NCBI GenBank assembly: GCA_963814375.1
Contig: CAWFCQ010000007.1
Location: 283,244-347,243 of the forward strand
Length of the DNA: 64,000 nucleotides
Source of the DNA: an uncultured Chloroflexia bacterium
Lineage (GTDB): Bacteria > Chloroflexota > Limnocylindria > QHBO01
Direction of reading: 5' to 3'
Shown: positions 19,694 to 29,891 of the stretch, piece by piece
Layout: every line of letters begins with the position of its first letter
How positions within the stretch are numbered: position 1 is the first letter of the stretch
Program-made: the position numbers and the translations under genes
The notes under the pieces: generated by a model
What the model saw: the letters and a program-made list of their open reading frames with translations, nothing else
What the model was told of the DNA's origin: nothing
Databases searched by the model: none

Positions 19694-21132
19694 CCTCGCA
19701 CCCCCACTCGCACGCCTCGGAAGCGGCACGGCACGGCCGGGTGGCCGGTGTGGCCGATCTGGCCGGGCTGCCCCTTTCCGCAGTTCGGCGTGCCCCAGAA
19801 CGTCCGCTCCGACTCGTTGCCGAGCATGTCGAGGCTTCCCCAGAAGCTCGGGCCGATTCCGGTGTAGGTCGGATTGCGCAGCATCCGGCCGCGCTTGCCG
19901 TTCTTGATCTCCCAGCCGATCTCGCAGCCGAACTGGAAGTTGAGCCGCTTGTCGTCGATCGACCACGACCGGTTCGTGTCGATGAGGAGGCCGTCATCGG
20001 TGGCGGCGATCATGTCGTCGAGGCTGCTGTCGCCCGCCAGCAGGCCGACGTTCGTCATGCGCACCATCGGCAGTCGGTTGTAGCCGTCGCCGCGAACCGC
20101 CCCGCCTGACTCGGGCAGCCCGGCGAGGGCGGCCGAGTCCCGTCCGGAGAGGACGCCGACCCAGGTCCCGTCACGCACGATGTCGACCGGGTGGGCCGGG
20201 GTGCCCTCGTCGTCGTAGCCAAAGCTGCCGAGGGCGCCGGGCAGCGTCGCATCGGCGGTGATGTTCATGAGCTCGCTGCCGAACTTGAGCGATCCGATCT
20301 GCGCCAGGTCGAGCCACGAGGTGCCGGCGAAGGCGGCCTCCCAGCCGAGGATGCGGTCGAGCTCGACGGCGTGGCCCACCGACTCGTGGATCTGGAGGGC
20401 CATCTGCTCCGAGCCGATGATGAGGTCGATCGCGTCATGGCTCGGGCACTCGGGCGCCGTCAGCAGCTCGCGCGCCTCCTCGGCGACCCGGGCTGCGTTT
20501 CCGGCCAGGTCGAGCTCGCGCACGAGCTCCCAGCCACGCGTTCCGTACTGCCCACGGATGCCCGGATAGCTGCGCCGCTGCGTCTCGGACTCACCGTTCG
20601 CCGTCGCATCCATCTGCGCGCCGCACTCGACGATGTGCTGGTCGATCCGATGACCCTCGCTGCTGGCCAGCCACTTCGTGGTCTCCCAGATGTCGTAGCT
20701 GGCGAGCGCGATGTCGGCGCCGTGATCCTTCATCGTCCGCGTCGCACCGACGAGCAGGTCGCCCTTCTCGGCGAGTGGGACCGCGAACGGATCCTCGGCA
20801 ACCTCGTTGGACCAGCTGTCCTGACGCACCTCGACCGGGGTGAGCTCGAGGTCCTTGCCCGGGACCGATGCGCTGGCGCGCGCGATGGCGGCAGCCTGCG
20901 CTCCCGCGGAGCGGGCCGCCTCATCGGTGAGGTCGGCCACCGCGTAGAAGCCCCAGCCGGAGCCGATGAGTGCGCGCACTCCCAGCCCGACGGACCCCTC
21001 CTGGGTGAGCCCCTCGACCTCGCCGTTGCGGGCGATCATCGATTCGTGGCGGCGGTCCATGACCCGCGCATCGGCGTAGCGGGCTCCCGCCGCGATGGCC
21101 GCATCGACGGCGGCCTCGGCGTAATCGAACAT
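19690..21132 (-). CDS. tldD: TldD metalloprotease
   Basis: HESVGH, YDDEG, RMTN, WSIDDKRLNFQFG, NCGKGQP. Confidence 0.92.
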   Translation of the reverse strand: MFDYAEAAVDAAIAAGARYADARVMDRRHESMIARNGEVEGLTQEGSVGLGVRALIGSGWGFYAVADLTDEAARSAGAQAAAIARASASVPGKDLELTPVEVRQDSWSNEVAEDPFAVPLAEKGDLLVGATRTMKDHGADIALASYDIWETTKWLASSEGHRIDQHIVECGAQMDATANGESETQRRSYPGIRGQYGTRGWELVRELDLAGNAARVAEEARELLTAPECPSHDAIDLIIGSEQMALQIHESVGHAVELDRILGWEAAFAGTSWLDLAQIGSLKFGSELMNITADATLPGALGSFGYDDEGTPAHPVDIVRDGTWVGVLSGRDSAALAGLPESGGAVRGDGYNRLPMVRMTNVGLLAGDSSLDDMIAATDDGLLIDTNRSWSIDDKRLNFQFGCEIGWEIKNGKRGRMLRNPTYTGIGPSFWGSLDMLGNESERTFWGTPNCGKGQPGQIGHTGHPAVPCRFRGVRVGVRG

Positions 21133-21170
21133 GACGAGAAGGTTAGCGCCGCTAAGGGGTTTGCGCGTGG

Positions 21171-22082
21171 TCAGTCCGTTCGCCCTGGGCCGGCCGCAAT
21201 CCCGCCTCCGGGCCGATGGGCCGCGTCGGCACGCTCGACCGGCTCCTGCCAGGTCACCTCGGTGATGCGGGCCGGCGGGAACTCGCCATCGGCAGGGACG
21301 ATCCCCTCTTCGGCCTCGAGCGGGATCCCGATCGGCGCCACGAGGTATCGGCCCGCCAGTCGTCGCGCCTCGCGATCGAGGACGAACCCGGCCTTGGCAC
21401 GATGGAAGGTGACGGTGACATCCGCGGCGACCACCGGGGTCGAGCGGGAGCCGCCGGTCTGGTCGATCCGCGTGGGCGCATCGACCGCGACGACCGACAC
21501 CGCTCGACCGCCGGCGACGCCGTGGGTGCGCGTGGCGTTGACGAGATCCACGGCCGTCGAGATCGGCTCGCGCAGGGCCCCGGCGGCGCCCGATCCGAGC
21601 AGCGCATCGACCAGGACCGTGGCCTCGGCGATGCGATCGCGCAGTCGCAGCAGGAGCTCCGGCGACGGTGCGACGAAGAGCTCGAGTGATCCGGCAGCGG
21701 CCATGGCCTGGAGCACATTCCAGTTGTGGGTTGACGCCGGGCCGGCGGAGCGGCTGGCATCGGCGACGAGGATGGCAAGGACGCGGCGCCCTGCCGCGGC
21801 GAGGCGGCGCGCGACGACGAAGCCGTCCCCGCCGTTGTTGCCCGGCCCGCACAGCACGACCGTCAGCGGCGGTCGCACGAGCGGACCACCGGGGCCGCGC
21901 GCCGCCTCGGCCAGGCGGGCCAGCTCGGCGTGCACGACCTCGGCGACCGCCGCGCCGGCGGCCTCCATCAGCGCATCCTCGGCCAATCCCAGCTTCTGGG
22001 CGGCCTCGTCGATGCGCGCCATCTCATCGGCGCCGATGAGGACGGGGACGCCGCGCTCGGCTCGCGCGGCCGGATCGGTCAC
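21171..22082 (-). CDS. nnrE: NAD(P)H-hydrate epimerase (YjeF N-terminal domain only)
   Basis: LMEAAG, CGPGNNGGDG, VDALLGSG, AVDAPT, TVTFH..K. Confidence 0.88.
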   Translation of the reverse strand: MTDPAARAERGVPVLIGADEMARIDEAAQKLGLAEDALMEAAGAAVAEVVHAELARLAEAARGPGGPLVRPPLTVVLCGPGNNGGDGFVVARRLAAAGRRVLAILVADASRSAGPASTHNWNVLQAMAAAGSLELFVAPSPELLLRLRDRIAEATVLVDALLGSGAAGALREPISTAVDLVNATRTHGVAGGRAVSVVAVDAPTRIDQTGGSRSTPVVAADVTVTFHRAKAGFVLDREARRLAGRYLVAPIGIPLEAEEGIVPADGEFPPARITEVTWQEPVERADAAHRPGGGIAAGPGRTD

Positions 22083-22088
22083 CGAGGG

Positions 22089-22567
22089 TCAGAGGCCCTT
22101 CAGGTAGGCGACGATCGAGTCGATCTGCTGCGGGCTGAACTGGTCACCGAAGGCGGGCATGCCGCCGCGGTCGAGGCCCTCGGTCTCCGGCGTCGTACCG
22201 TCGATCCACAGCTGCGCCCAGGTGTCGGGATACTCCGCGCCGAGGTCCTGGAGGTTCTCGCTGACCGGCCCCTCCGCCACGCCGAGCAGGCTCGGGAAGT
22301 CGCCCGATCCCGCCAGGTCAGGCCCATGGCAGGCGGTGCAGGCCGGCTGCGCCTGCGAGATCAGACGCCTCGCCGACCGCCGGATCCGGGCCCTGCGCTT
22401 GCTCCGGGCGCCGAGGCGCTGGCGCCCGGGACCGCGAATGGCGGGTTTTCACCCGACAGGTTCGAGGCCAGGTACACGCCGCCGACCAGGAAGATGAAGA
22501 CGGTGATGCCGATCGCCCACGGCGGCAGGCCGGAGCTGCGGGTCTCGATCGGCGTGTGGACGGTCAT
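22089..22567 (-). CDS. Membrane-anchored monoheme cytochrome c; frameshift(s) near 22360-22395
   Basis: N-terminal TM (ORF 22361..22567); CTACHGPDLAG in the frame of 22089..22280; GGMPAF distal Met. Confidence 0.82.
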
Positions 22568-22570
22568 CGC

Positions 22571-24060
22571 TCAGTGACCGGTCGCAGCTGCTGTCGAGCC
22601 CGGGATCGCGTATTCGGCCGGTTCGGCGCTCGTGTACATCATGAACAGGTTGACGAGGAGGGCGAGCCCGGCCAGCGCCACGAGCCCGAAGCCCTGCCAG
22701 CGCACCGGCGTAGAAGATCGTCAGGGCCGCGTCGATCTCGTCGGGCGCCGCGGCCTCCGCGCGCAGCGATCCCGCGGCGATGCCGCTGCCCATGAGCGCA
22801 AGCCCGGAGATCGTCGTGCCCGCGAAGGCAAGCCACAGCTGGGCGGCGGAGAGCAGCCCTCCGCCCCAGGCTCGCCGCATGATGCGTGGGATGGCGTGCT
22901 CGGCCATCGCGAACGCCGCGAGCGTGAACGCCCCGAAGGTCGCCCAGATCCAGGCCCCGGTCGACCAGTCGGTTCCTCCTACGAGCGCCTTCACGCTGAG
23001 CAACGAGCCCACGGAGTCGACCAGCGTGCTGCCGAGCAGGAACGCGAGCGCAACCGCCGCCAGCGAAGCCGCGCCGGTGCCGAGGACGAGCGTCCATCGG
23101 CCCTGCATCGTCGCGCCGAGGTTGCCGATCGTCAGCAACGCGGGGACGAGCAGCAGCATGGTCGCCACCGATCCCGCGACCGTGACGATGAACGGCACGC
23201 TCGGATCAGCGAGCACGGCGAGAGCCGAGAGAGGGGCGAGCGCCAGCCATGTGAGCCATGCCAGCATCGCAACGCCTCCCGAGGCCAGCGGCTGCCCGAC
23301 GGCGCGCGGTACGACGTAGTGCAGCGTGGCGTATGCCATGCCGAGCAGCCAGATCGCGAGAACCGCGCGCTCGATGGCGGCCGACGCCAGTGCCAGCGGC
23401 AGGTCGTCGAGGCCGAAGAAGAAATCGAACATGCCGATGCCCGCGTCGAGGCTGAGCAGCCCCAGCAGGCCGAGCAGGGCGATTCCGCCGAACCAGAGGC
23501 TGATGTACGCGGTCCGCAGCGCCGGCGCCACGGTGGCGAGAATCCCCGCGGTGACGATGAAGGCCCCCGTTGCGAGCCCTCCGTCGATAAGCCATGGGAA
23601 GGCGGTCAGCGGCGCGTTCGGGCCGAGCTCGAAGACGTACAAGCGAGGCCAGCCCGCCGAACAGCGACATGTTCCAGACCAGGACGCTGAACCAGACCAG
23701 CGGCTCCGCCACCAGCCGTCGGCCGACGAGGCGCGGCGTCATGAACGCGAGTGCCGCGAACCCCGCGTTGCTGAGCCAGCCGTAGACCGATGCGTTGACG
23801 AAGGCGACGTCGACACGGTGCACGTTGAACTCGAGGCCGAGGCCAAAGAAGCCGAGCGGCATCGTGAGGTCGATCGGGTAGATACGCAGGCCGATGGCGA
23901 GGACGCCGAGGCCACCCGCGACTGCCAGCCATAGCGCCGCGGCGACGAAGAATCCGGCTGCTGCGCTGTCCGGACCGCTCGGGACCAAGCTGCGGCGCCG
24001 CTTCGGCGGCTGGTCGTACGGGCGCAGCTTCTTCGGGTTGACCGGGGGCTTCACCGTCAT
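22571..24060 (-). CDS. cbb3-type oxidase subunit I (CcoN)-like membrane protein lacking His ligands; frameshifts near 23641 and 22693
   Basis: Collinear CcoN-like motifs NASVYGW, TPRL..RRL, YVVPR..GQPL, TDW..G, IPRI; about 12 TM helices. Confidence 0.72.
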
Positions 24061-24263
24061 CGGGCGCGTCGACCCTTTCTGCGGGGCTCGCTCGGCAGGC
24101 GGAGTAGGCCGCCGCATTGTACCGAACCGTCCCACGCGATCCACGTCGAAGGTCGTAGGCCCTTCCGGCGCGAGAGCCGATGCCGCCGTCGCAGCTCGCC
24201 GGCATCCTCAGGCTGCACACCGGGTCGCATGGGCGGCACTGCACCAAACCGAGGAACTCTCAG

Positions 24264-24728
24264 ATGACAACGATGACCACCACCCAGGCGACAGCCGGCA
24301 TCGGCTTCGATCGCGATGTCGTTTCGCGCGTCGCGGCGGTCGTCGCCGCGCTGATCTTCGCTACCGCCGGCCTCGTGCTGATCGCCATGGGCATGGCGTT
24401 CCCGATCGCCGTCAGCGTCGTCGAGCAGCAGGCGCTCCGCGTCGATCCGGCCGACCTCGCCTTCGCCTCCCGCCTGGGCGGCGTCTGGTATCTCTTCATC
24501 GGCGCCTCGGCCGCAAACTTCGCCGCGGCGCTCGCGATCCTCGATCGGGGTGCGCTGGCGAAGCGGATCGCGATCGTCGTGTCGGGAACGACCCTTGCGC
24601 TCGTCCTGGCGGCGGGCATCGGGATCGCGCTCGATGGCAGCAACCAGGCCGCGCAGAGCGTCATCGGCGGCCTGTCGGCAGCCTTCGCGGTCGCCCTCGC
24701 TGCATCGATCGCCGTCAAGCGCAGCTAG
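24264..24728 (+). CDS. Hypothetical 4-TM membrane protein
   Basis: GAGGA RBS before ATG 24264; four hydrophobic segments. Confidence 0.75.
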   Translation: MTTMTTTQATAGIGFDRDVVSRVAAVVAALIFATAGLVLIAMGMAFPIAVSVVEQQALRVDPADLAFASRLGGVWYLFIGASAANFAAALAILDRGALAKRIAIVVSGTTLALVLAAGIGIALDGSNQAAQSVIGGLSAAFAVALAASIAVKRS

Positions 24729-24756
24729 CCCCAAACGGGTCCACGGCGATCCGTAT

Positions 24757-24872
24757 CCGATAGATCGGACACGTCTACACAGGAAGCGGGGTTCGCGTGA
24801 AGTTCTGACCGATACGTCGGACAGTCCTTCGCACGATTACCCAGTCTTGTGAAGATCTGACCGATCTATCGG
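24757..24872. repeat. Three palindromic CCGAT-NN-(A/G)TCGG units, 52-bp period
   Basis: Cores at 24757, 24809, 24861 with shared flanks. Confidence 0.75.
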
Positions 24873-24897
24873 GCGCCGCGCCCATCGCGGGGAAGCA

Positions 24898-24927
24898 CGA
24901 AAGCCGCCTGGCGGGAGGCGGCTTTCG
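24898..24927. terminator. Hairpin between convergent membrane-protein gene and tRNA-fMet
   Basis: cgaaagccgcct / aggcggctttcg 12-bp stem. Confidence 0.75.
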
Positions 24928-24940
24928 CATCGGAAATGCG

Positions 24941-25015
<75 letters not shown>

Positions 25016-25063
25016 GCGGCCAATGGTAGTGGCGACCCGGGGTCCGGTCAAACGCTCGGCGGC

Positions 25064-25387
25064 CTAGCGGCGCCGGAAGATGCGCCAGATCACGAACAGC
25101 GCGAAGACCCCGACGAGCTGGCCGCCGAGGATGACCCGATTCAGGTCGAGCGCCGGCTCCCAGCTGGCGTTGCCGTCGCGAATGACGTACATCCCTGCAG
25201 GCTTCGCGGTGAGGCCGAAGCCCCCGCCGCCGGCGCCTTCGTTGTCGTTTCCGCCGCCGCCCCCGCCGCGAACCTTGGCGGCCGGGAGGAAGAGCGCGCC
25301 ATCGCGCTCGATCGGCTCGCCGAAGACCTGCTTCGGCTTCATCCCTTCGAGGGTGCTGGTCAGGGTTTCCTGGAGCGTATTCGTCAT
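25064..25387 (-). CDS. YtfJ/GerW-like protein
   Basis: VFGEPIERDG..PAAKVRGGGGGG...GGGGFG..KPAG.YVIRDG..W.P; C-terminal TM. Confidence 0.85.
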   Translation of the reverse strand: MTNTLQETLTSTLEGMKPKQVFGEPIERDGALFLPAAKVRGGGGGGNDNEGAGGGGFGLTAKPAGMYVIRDGNASWEPALDLNRVILGGQLVGVFALFVIWRIFRRR

Positions 25388-25463
25388 CGTCGATCTCCTT
25401 GATGCGGAGATCGATTATCGGCCCCGGGCGCGGCGGCGGTCGAACCCGGCCGGCGGCGGATGC

Positions 25464-25648
25464 CTCGACCCATCGCGACGACTTCACACGAAGGCGCTTT
25501 CAGGCTGCGTTCCCGCGATGAATCGCGGACGGACACGCTTGAGGCGCACCCGCAAGTGCCGGTCGTGCGTGGGAGGCAGCGATCGATCGCGAGAACCGCA
25601 CTCGGGGTGGCGCTCAGGCGCAACGGCCGCGATGATTCGCGATCTCAC
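25464..25648. repeat. Dispersed ~180-bp palindromic element, copy A
   Basis: Four CGCGAT-NN-ATCGCG-like cores at 25464, 25514, 25578, 25628; reverse complement aligns to 50777-50959. Confidence 0.75.
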
Positions 25649-25675
25649 CGGATCAACGCCAGAGCGGACGAGGAG

Positions 25676-26059
25676 ATGTACACGAAGCTCTTCCCGATCA
25701 TCGCCACCACTGACGTCGCAAGGTCGGTCGAGTTCTACCGAGGCCTCCTGGGCGGGACGGTGACCTACGAATTTCCGGGGCCGAACGGATCGCCGGCGTA
25801 TGTCGGGCTAACCGTCGGCGACTCGTCGCTCGGGATCGGGCTGACCGATGCGCCGGTCGTTGTTCCCCGTCCGCGGCCCATCGCGCTGTGGGTCTACGCA
25901 GACGACTGCGATGCGGCGGTCGCCGACCTTCGAGCGGCGGGTGTGCCGGTCATAGAGGAGCCGACGACGCAGCCGTGGGGAGAGCGAGTGGCCAGGGTCC
26001 TCGACCCGGACGGCAACGAGGTCATCATCGGCGCGATCGTCACCGCCGACGAGGAATGA
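25676..26059 (+). CDS. VOC/glyoxalase family protein
   Basis: GAGGAG RBS; DVARSVEFYRGLLG, QPWGERVARVLDPDGN. Confidence 0.9.
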   Translation: MYTKLFPIIATTDVARSVEFYRGLLGGTVTYEFPGPNGSPAYVGLTVGDSSLGIGLTDAPVVVPRPRPIALWVYADDCDAAVADLRAAGVPVIEEPTTQPWGERVARVLDPDGNEVIIGAIVTADEE

Positions 26060-27286
26060 TCAGGTGGGCCGGTGCGCGCCGGGCTCCATCTCGACGACGG
26101 CGTGGTGGATGCCGTGGAGATCGAGCAGGCCGAGGTAGGGGTCGGGGTCGAACGCCTCCGGACCGAGGACGCCTGCGCCGGACCAGGCTCCGGTGGCGAG
26201 CAGCTCCATCGCGATCGTGGGGTTGAACCCGGTTTGCCAGCCAACGACCTGGAGCCCCGTGGTGCGCCAGATCTCCTCCGCATCGGCCATCTGGTAGGCG
26301 AAGGTCTCGCGGGGCTTGCCATCCTTGGTGCCGAGCACCCAGGTGCCGACCACCGCGCGTCCGCGGAACTTGTCCCCGAGCGTGATCGGGTCGGGCGTGA
26401 TGGCGGCCAGGACGTCCCGCGGCGCAACCTCGACGCCCTTCACGGAGACGCGATCGGTCCGATCCATGCCGAGCGCGTGGATCGTCTTGAGCTTGTCGAT
26501 GAAGTCGGCGCCGAGCGCGTACTTGAAGGTCGCGCGTCGCGTCTCGATCCAGCGAGGCACGAGGAGCACCTCCTCGTGCTCGACGTTGACGCATTCGACC
26601 GGACCGATGCCATCCGGGAACGGGAACGACTCCGGCGCGCTGAAGGGCTCGGTGGTGTGCCAGGCGCCATCGGCCCACACGATCGGCGGATTGAGGCACT
26701 CCTCGATGGTGGTCCAGATGCTGAAGACCGGCGCGAAGGCGAAGCCGGGGATCTCGAGGTCGCCGCCGTCGCGAACGTGGACCTCGTGGACCTCGTCGAA
26801 CGAATGCTTGGCGGCGTGGGCGGCGAAGACGTCGGTCAGGCCAGGGTCCATCCCCATGCCGACGAGGGCGAGCTTGCCACGCGCCTCCCAGGCTTCGGCC
26901 TTGGCGAACTGCTCGTCGCCGAGCTTCAGGCCGGGCTCGCTGAATGGACGCTCGGGGTGCCTCTTCGAGAGGCTCATCGCCATGTCCATGTAGTGGACGT
27001 TCGCCTCCAGCGCACCGGTGAAGATCGGCATCACGAACTGCGGATCGACCGCGTTCATGACGAGGTCGACCCGGTGAGCGAGGGCCGCCTCGGTCACGTT
27101 GGCGGGATCGCGGGCGTCGAGCTGGATGGCAGGAAAGCGATCGGCGTCGTCGAGAGCATCGGCGAGCGTGCGTGCGCGATCGAGGTCGTAGTCGGCCAGG
27201 ATCATGGCCTCGCACCAATCGGCCGTGGCGGAGATGCGGGCGATCGCCTCTCCGACCGTTCCCACGCCGATCAACAGGACTCGCAT
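26060..27286 (-). CDS. Saccharopine dehydrogenase / carboxynorspermidine dehydrogenase-like protein
   Basis: GVGTVG Rossmann, YMDMA, GMDPG, NVEHEEV, GPEAFDP. Confidence 0.88.
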   Translation of the reverse strand: MRVLLIGVGTVGEAIARISATADWCEAMILADYDLDRARTLADALDDADRFPAIQLDARDPANVTEAALAHRVDLVMNAVDPQFVMPIFTGALEANVHYMDMAMSLSKRHPERPFSEPGLKLGDEQFAKAEAWEARGKLALVGMGMDPGLTDVFAAHAAKHSFDEVHEVHVRDGGDLEIPGFAFAPVFSIWTTIEECLNPPIVWADGAWHTTEPFSAPESFPFPDGIGPVECVNVEHEEVLLVPRWIETRRATFKYALGADFIDKLKTIHALGMDRTDRVSVKGVEVAPRDVLAAITPDPITLGDKFRGRAVVGTWVLGTKDGKPRETFAYQMADAEEIWRTTGLQVVGWQTGFNPTIAMELLATGAWSGAGVLGPEAFDPDPYLGLLDLHGIHHAVVEMEPGAHRPT

Positions 27287-27438
27287 AGCCCTCCCGCTTT
27301 CTGGACGTTCTCTACCGAATCGGTGGCCGATGGCCGGCGCATCTGCTGGCTCCGTGGCGATGGCCGGATGATATTACCGATCCGCGCAGATTCTGGCCCC
27401 ATCAGGGCTCCGTCCGACGACCGCGATGGGCCGCCGCG

Positions 27439-28125
27439 TCAAGGCAGCGCCGGTTCAGCCACCCTGATCGGCTCCTTCTCCCGACCCTCCGGCCCGGGCC
27501 GCCATCGGAGCCACAGCTCGGCGGCCGCGACGTGCAGCAGCCATCCGAGCCAGAACGCCAGCGCTAGGCCCTCGCGGAAGCTGAGCAGCCCGAAGCCCTC
27601 GAACAGGCCGACCCAGATCCGGATCGTCCCCACCGCCACCCCGACCGCGAACGCGCGAATCATCCAGCGCCGATGCGTGCGGATGTCCTTGCGCCGGATG
27701 GCGCGGTATGCCGTGACCAGGCACGCCACGAACCAGGCACCGAACACGACTGCAGCAACCGCCTCGATTGGGCCCCCGAACGCGAAGAAGAGGCCAAACG
27801 TGAAGCCGAGGACGCCGGACACGAGCCCCGCTGTGAGGGCCACGCGACCGATGCGGCGGTGCCACCCGATGTGGCGGTTCCGGAAGCCCCGCCACAGCTG
27901 TATGGGTGCGAGGACGAGATAGATGACTCCGGGCACGATATGCCCATAGGCCAGCCACGGGTAGCGCGCGTACCGGTGATCGAACTCGACGGGAGCCGGC
28001 AGCGTTCCCGATGAGATGGCCGGCACGTCGTTCGTGAGCCGAATGCCAACGAAGACGAAGACGATCAGGATCAGGAAGATCGCGATCCCCATCGCGACGC
28101 GCGGTCGAGCGAGCCGATTCCCCAC
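27439..28125 (-). CDS. DUF2306-like membrane protein
   Basis: HIVPG..LAPIQL, HRRIGR, HRRWMIRAF. Confidence 0.82.
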   Translation of the reverse strand: MGNRLARPRVAMGIAIFLILIVFVFVGIRLTNDVPAISSGTLPAPVEFDHRYARYPWLAYGHIVPGVIYLVLAPIQLWRGFRNRHIGWHRRIGRVALTAGLVSGVLGFTFGLFFAFGGPIEAVAAVVFGAWFVACLVTAYRAIRRKDIRTHRRWMIRAFAVGVAVGTIRIWVGLFEGFGLLSFREGLALAFWLGWLLHVAAAELWLRWRPGPEGREKEPIRVAEPALP

Positions 28126-28134
28126 CCGCCGAGT

Positions 28135-28859
<725 letters not shown>

Positions 28860-28863
<4 letters not shown>

Positions 28864-29891
28864 CGGTCAGGCTCCCGGCGCTCGTGCGTGTCGGGCCAGA
28901 TGCTGATGTGGTCAGACTCGAGATGTACGCGCACCTTGCCCTCGAGCCCCAGTGCCTCGACGTGCGCCCGTGGCAGCTGGAGGCGGCCGGCGCGATCGAG
29001 GACGGCGAACTCCTCGGCGATGATCTCGTGCTCGCCCTCGTCCGAGAGCTTGCTGCGCCGCAGCGTCTCCGACGAGGTACGCCCGTCGCGGATGGCGACC
29101 GTGCGCTGCACCTGCTCGGAGACGAGCGGATCGTGGGTGACGATGACGACGGTGGTGCCGAGCTCGCCGTTGAGCCCGCGCATGAGGTCGAAGATCTCGG
29201 CGCTGGTGGCGGTGTCCAGCTCGCCGGTCGGCTCGTCGGCGAGGAGCACCTCCGGCGCGTTGGCCAACGCCACGGCGATCGCGACGCGCTGCTGCTCGCC
29301 GCCGCTGAGCCGCTCGGGCCGATGGTCGGCACGGTCCTCGAGGCCAACCATGCGCAGCAGCTCCAGTGCGCGGGTGCGATTGCCCGAACCGTCGAGGATC
29401 ATCGGCATCTCGACGTTCTCGACCGCGGAGAGGTACGGCAGCAGGTTCTTGGCCGTCTGCTGCCAGACGAAGCCGATCGTGCGGCGGCGGTAGCGGGTGC
29501 GCTCGCTGCGGCCCATGCCGGTCAGATCGTGGCCGGCCACCGTCGCGCGACCCGCCGACGGCACGTCGAGCCCGCCGAGGATGTTGAGGAGCGTCGACTT
29601 GCCGGATCCCGACGCGCCGACGATGGCGATCATCTCGCCCGGATCGACCAGCAGGTCCAGGCCCTGGAGCGCGACGACTTCGAGATCGGCGACCTTGAAG
29701 ATCTTGACGAGGTTGTCGCACACGATGAGCGCGCCCTCGCCGAAGCGTCGCCGAGCGGCGACCTCCGGCTGCGGCAGCTCCGCCGGCTCGGCCCAGGCTG
29801 CGGCACTCGGCGCCGGAGCCTCGCGTGGAAGGTCGACGATCTCGCTGTGGGGATCGGTGGTCTGGTCGCGCACGGGCATATCTTTGCCCAT
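28860..29891 (-). CDS. ABC transporter ATP-binding protein with C-terminal extension
   Basis: GASGSGKST, LSGGEQQR, DEPTGELD; tail VLDRAGRLQLP. Confidence 0.93.

Noticed and set aside
18356-21132. TldD/TldE as maturation protease for the DDxEGH precursor
   Set aside because: 16 kb away, widespread housekeeping pair, and a dedicated S8 is adjacent to the precursor
24750-24875. Mini-CRISPR
   Set aside because: Units are degenerate, one is inverted, the period is short, and there are no cas genes
25064-25387. Evidence of sporulation from the YtfJ/GerW-like gene
   Set aside because: Family is common in non-sporulating bacteria and no other sporulation genes are present
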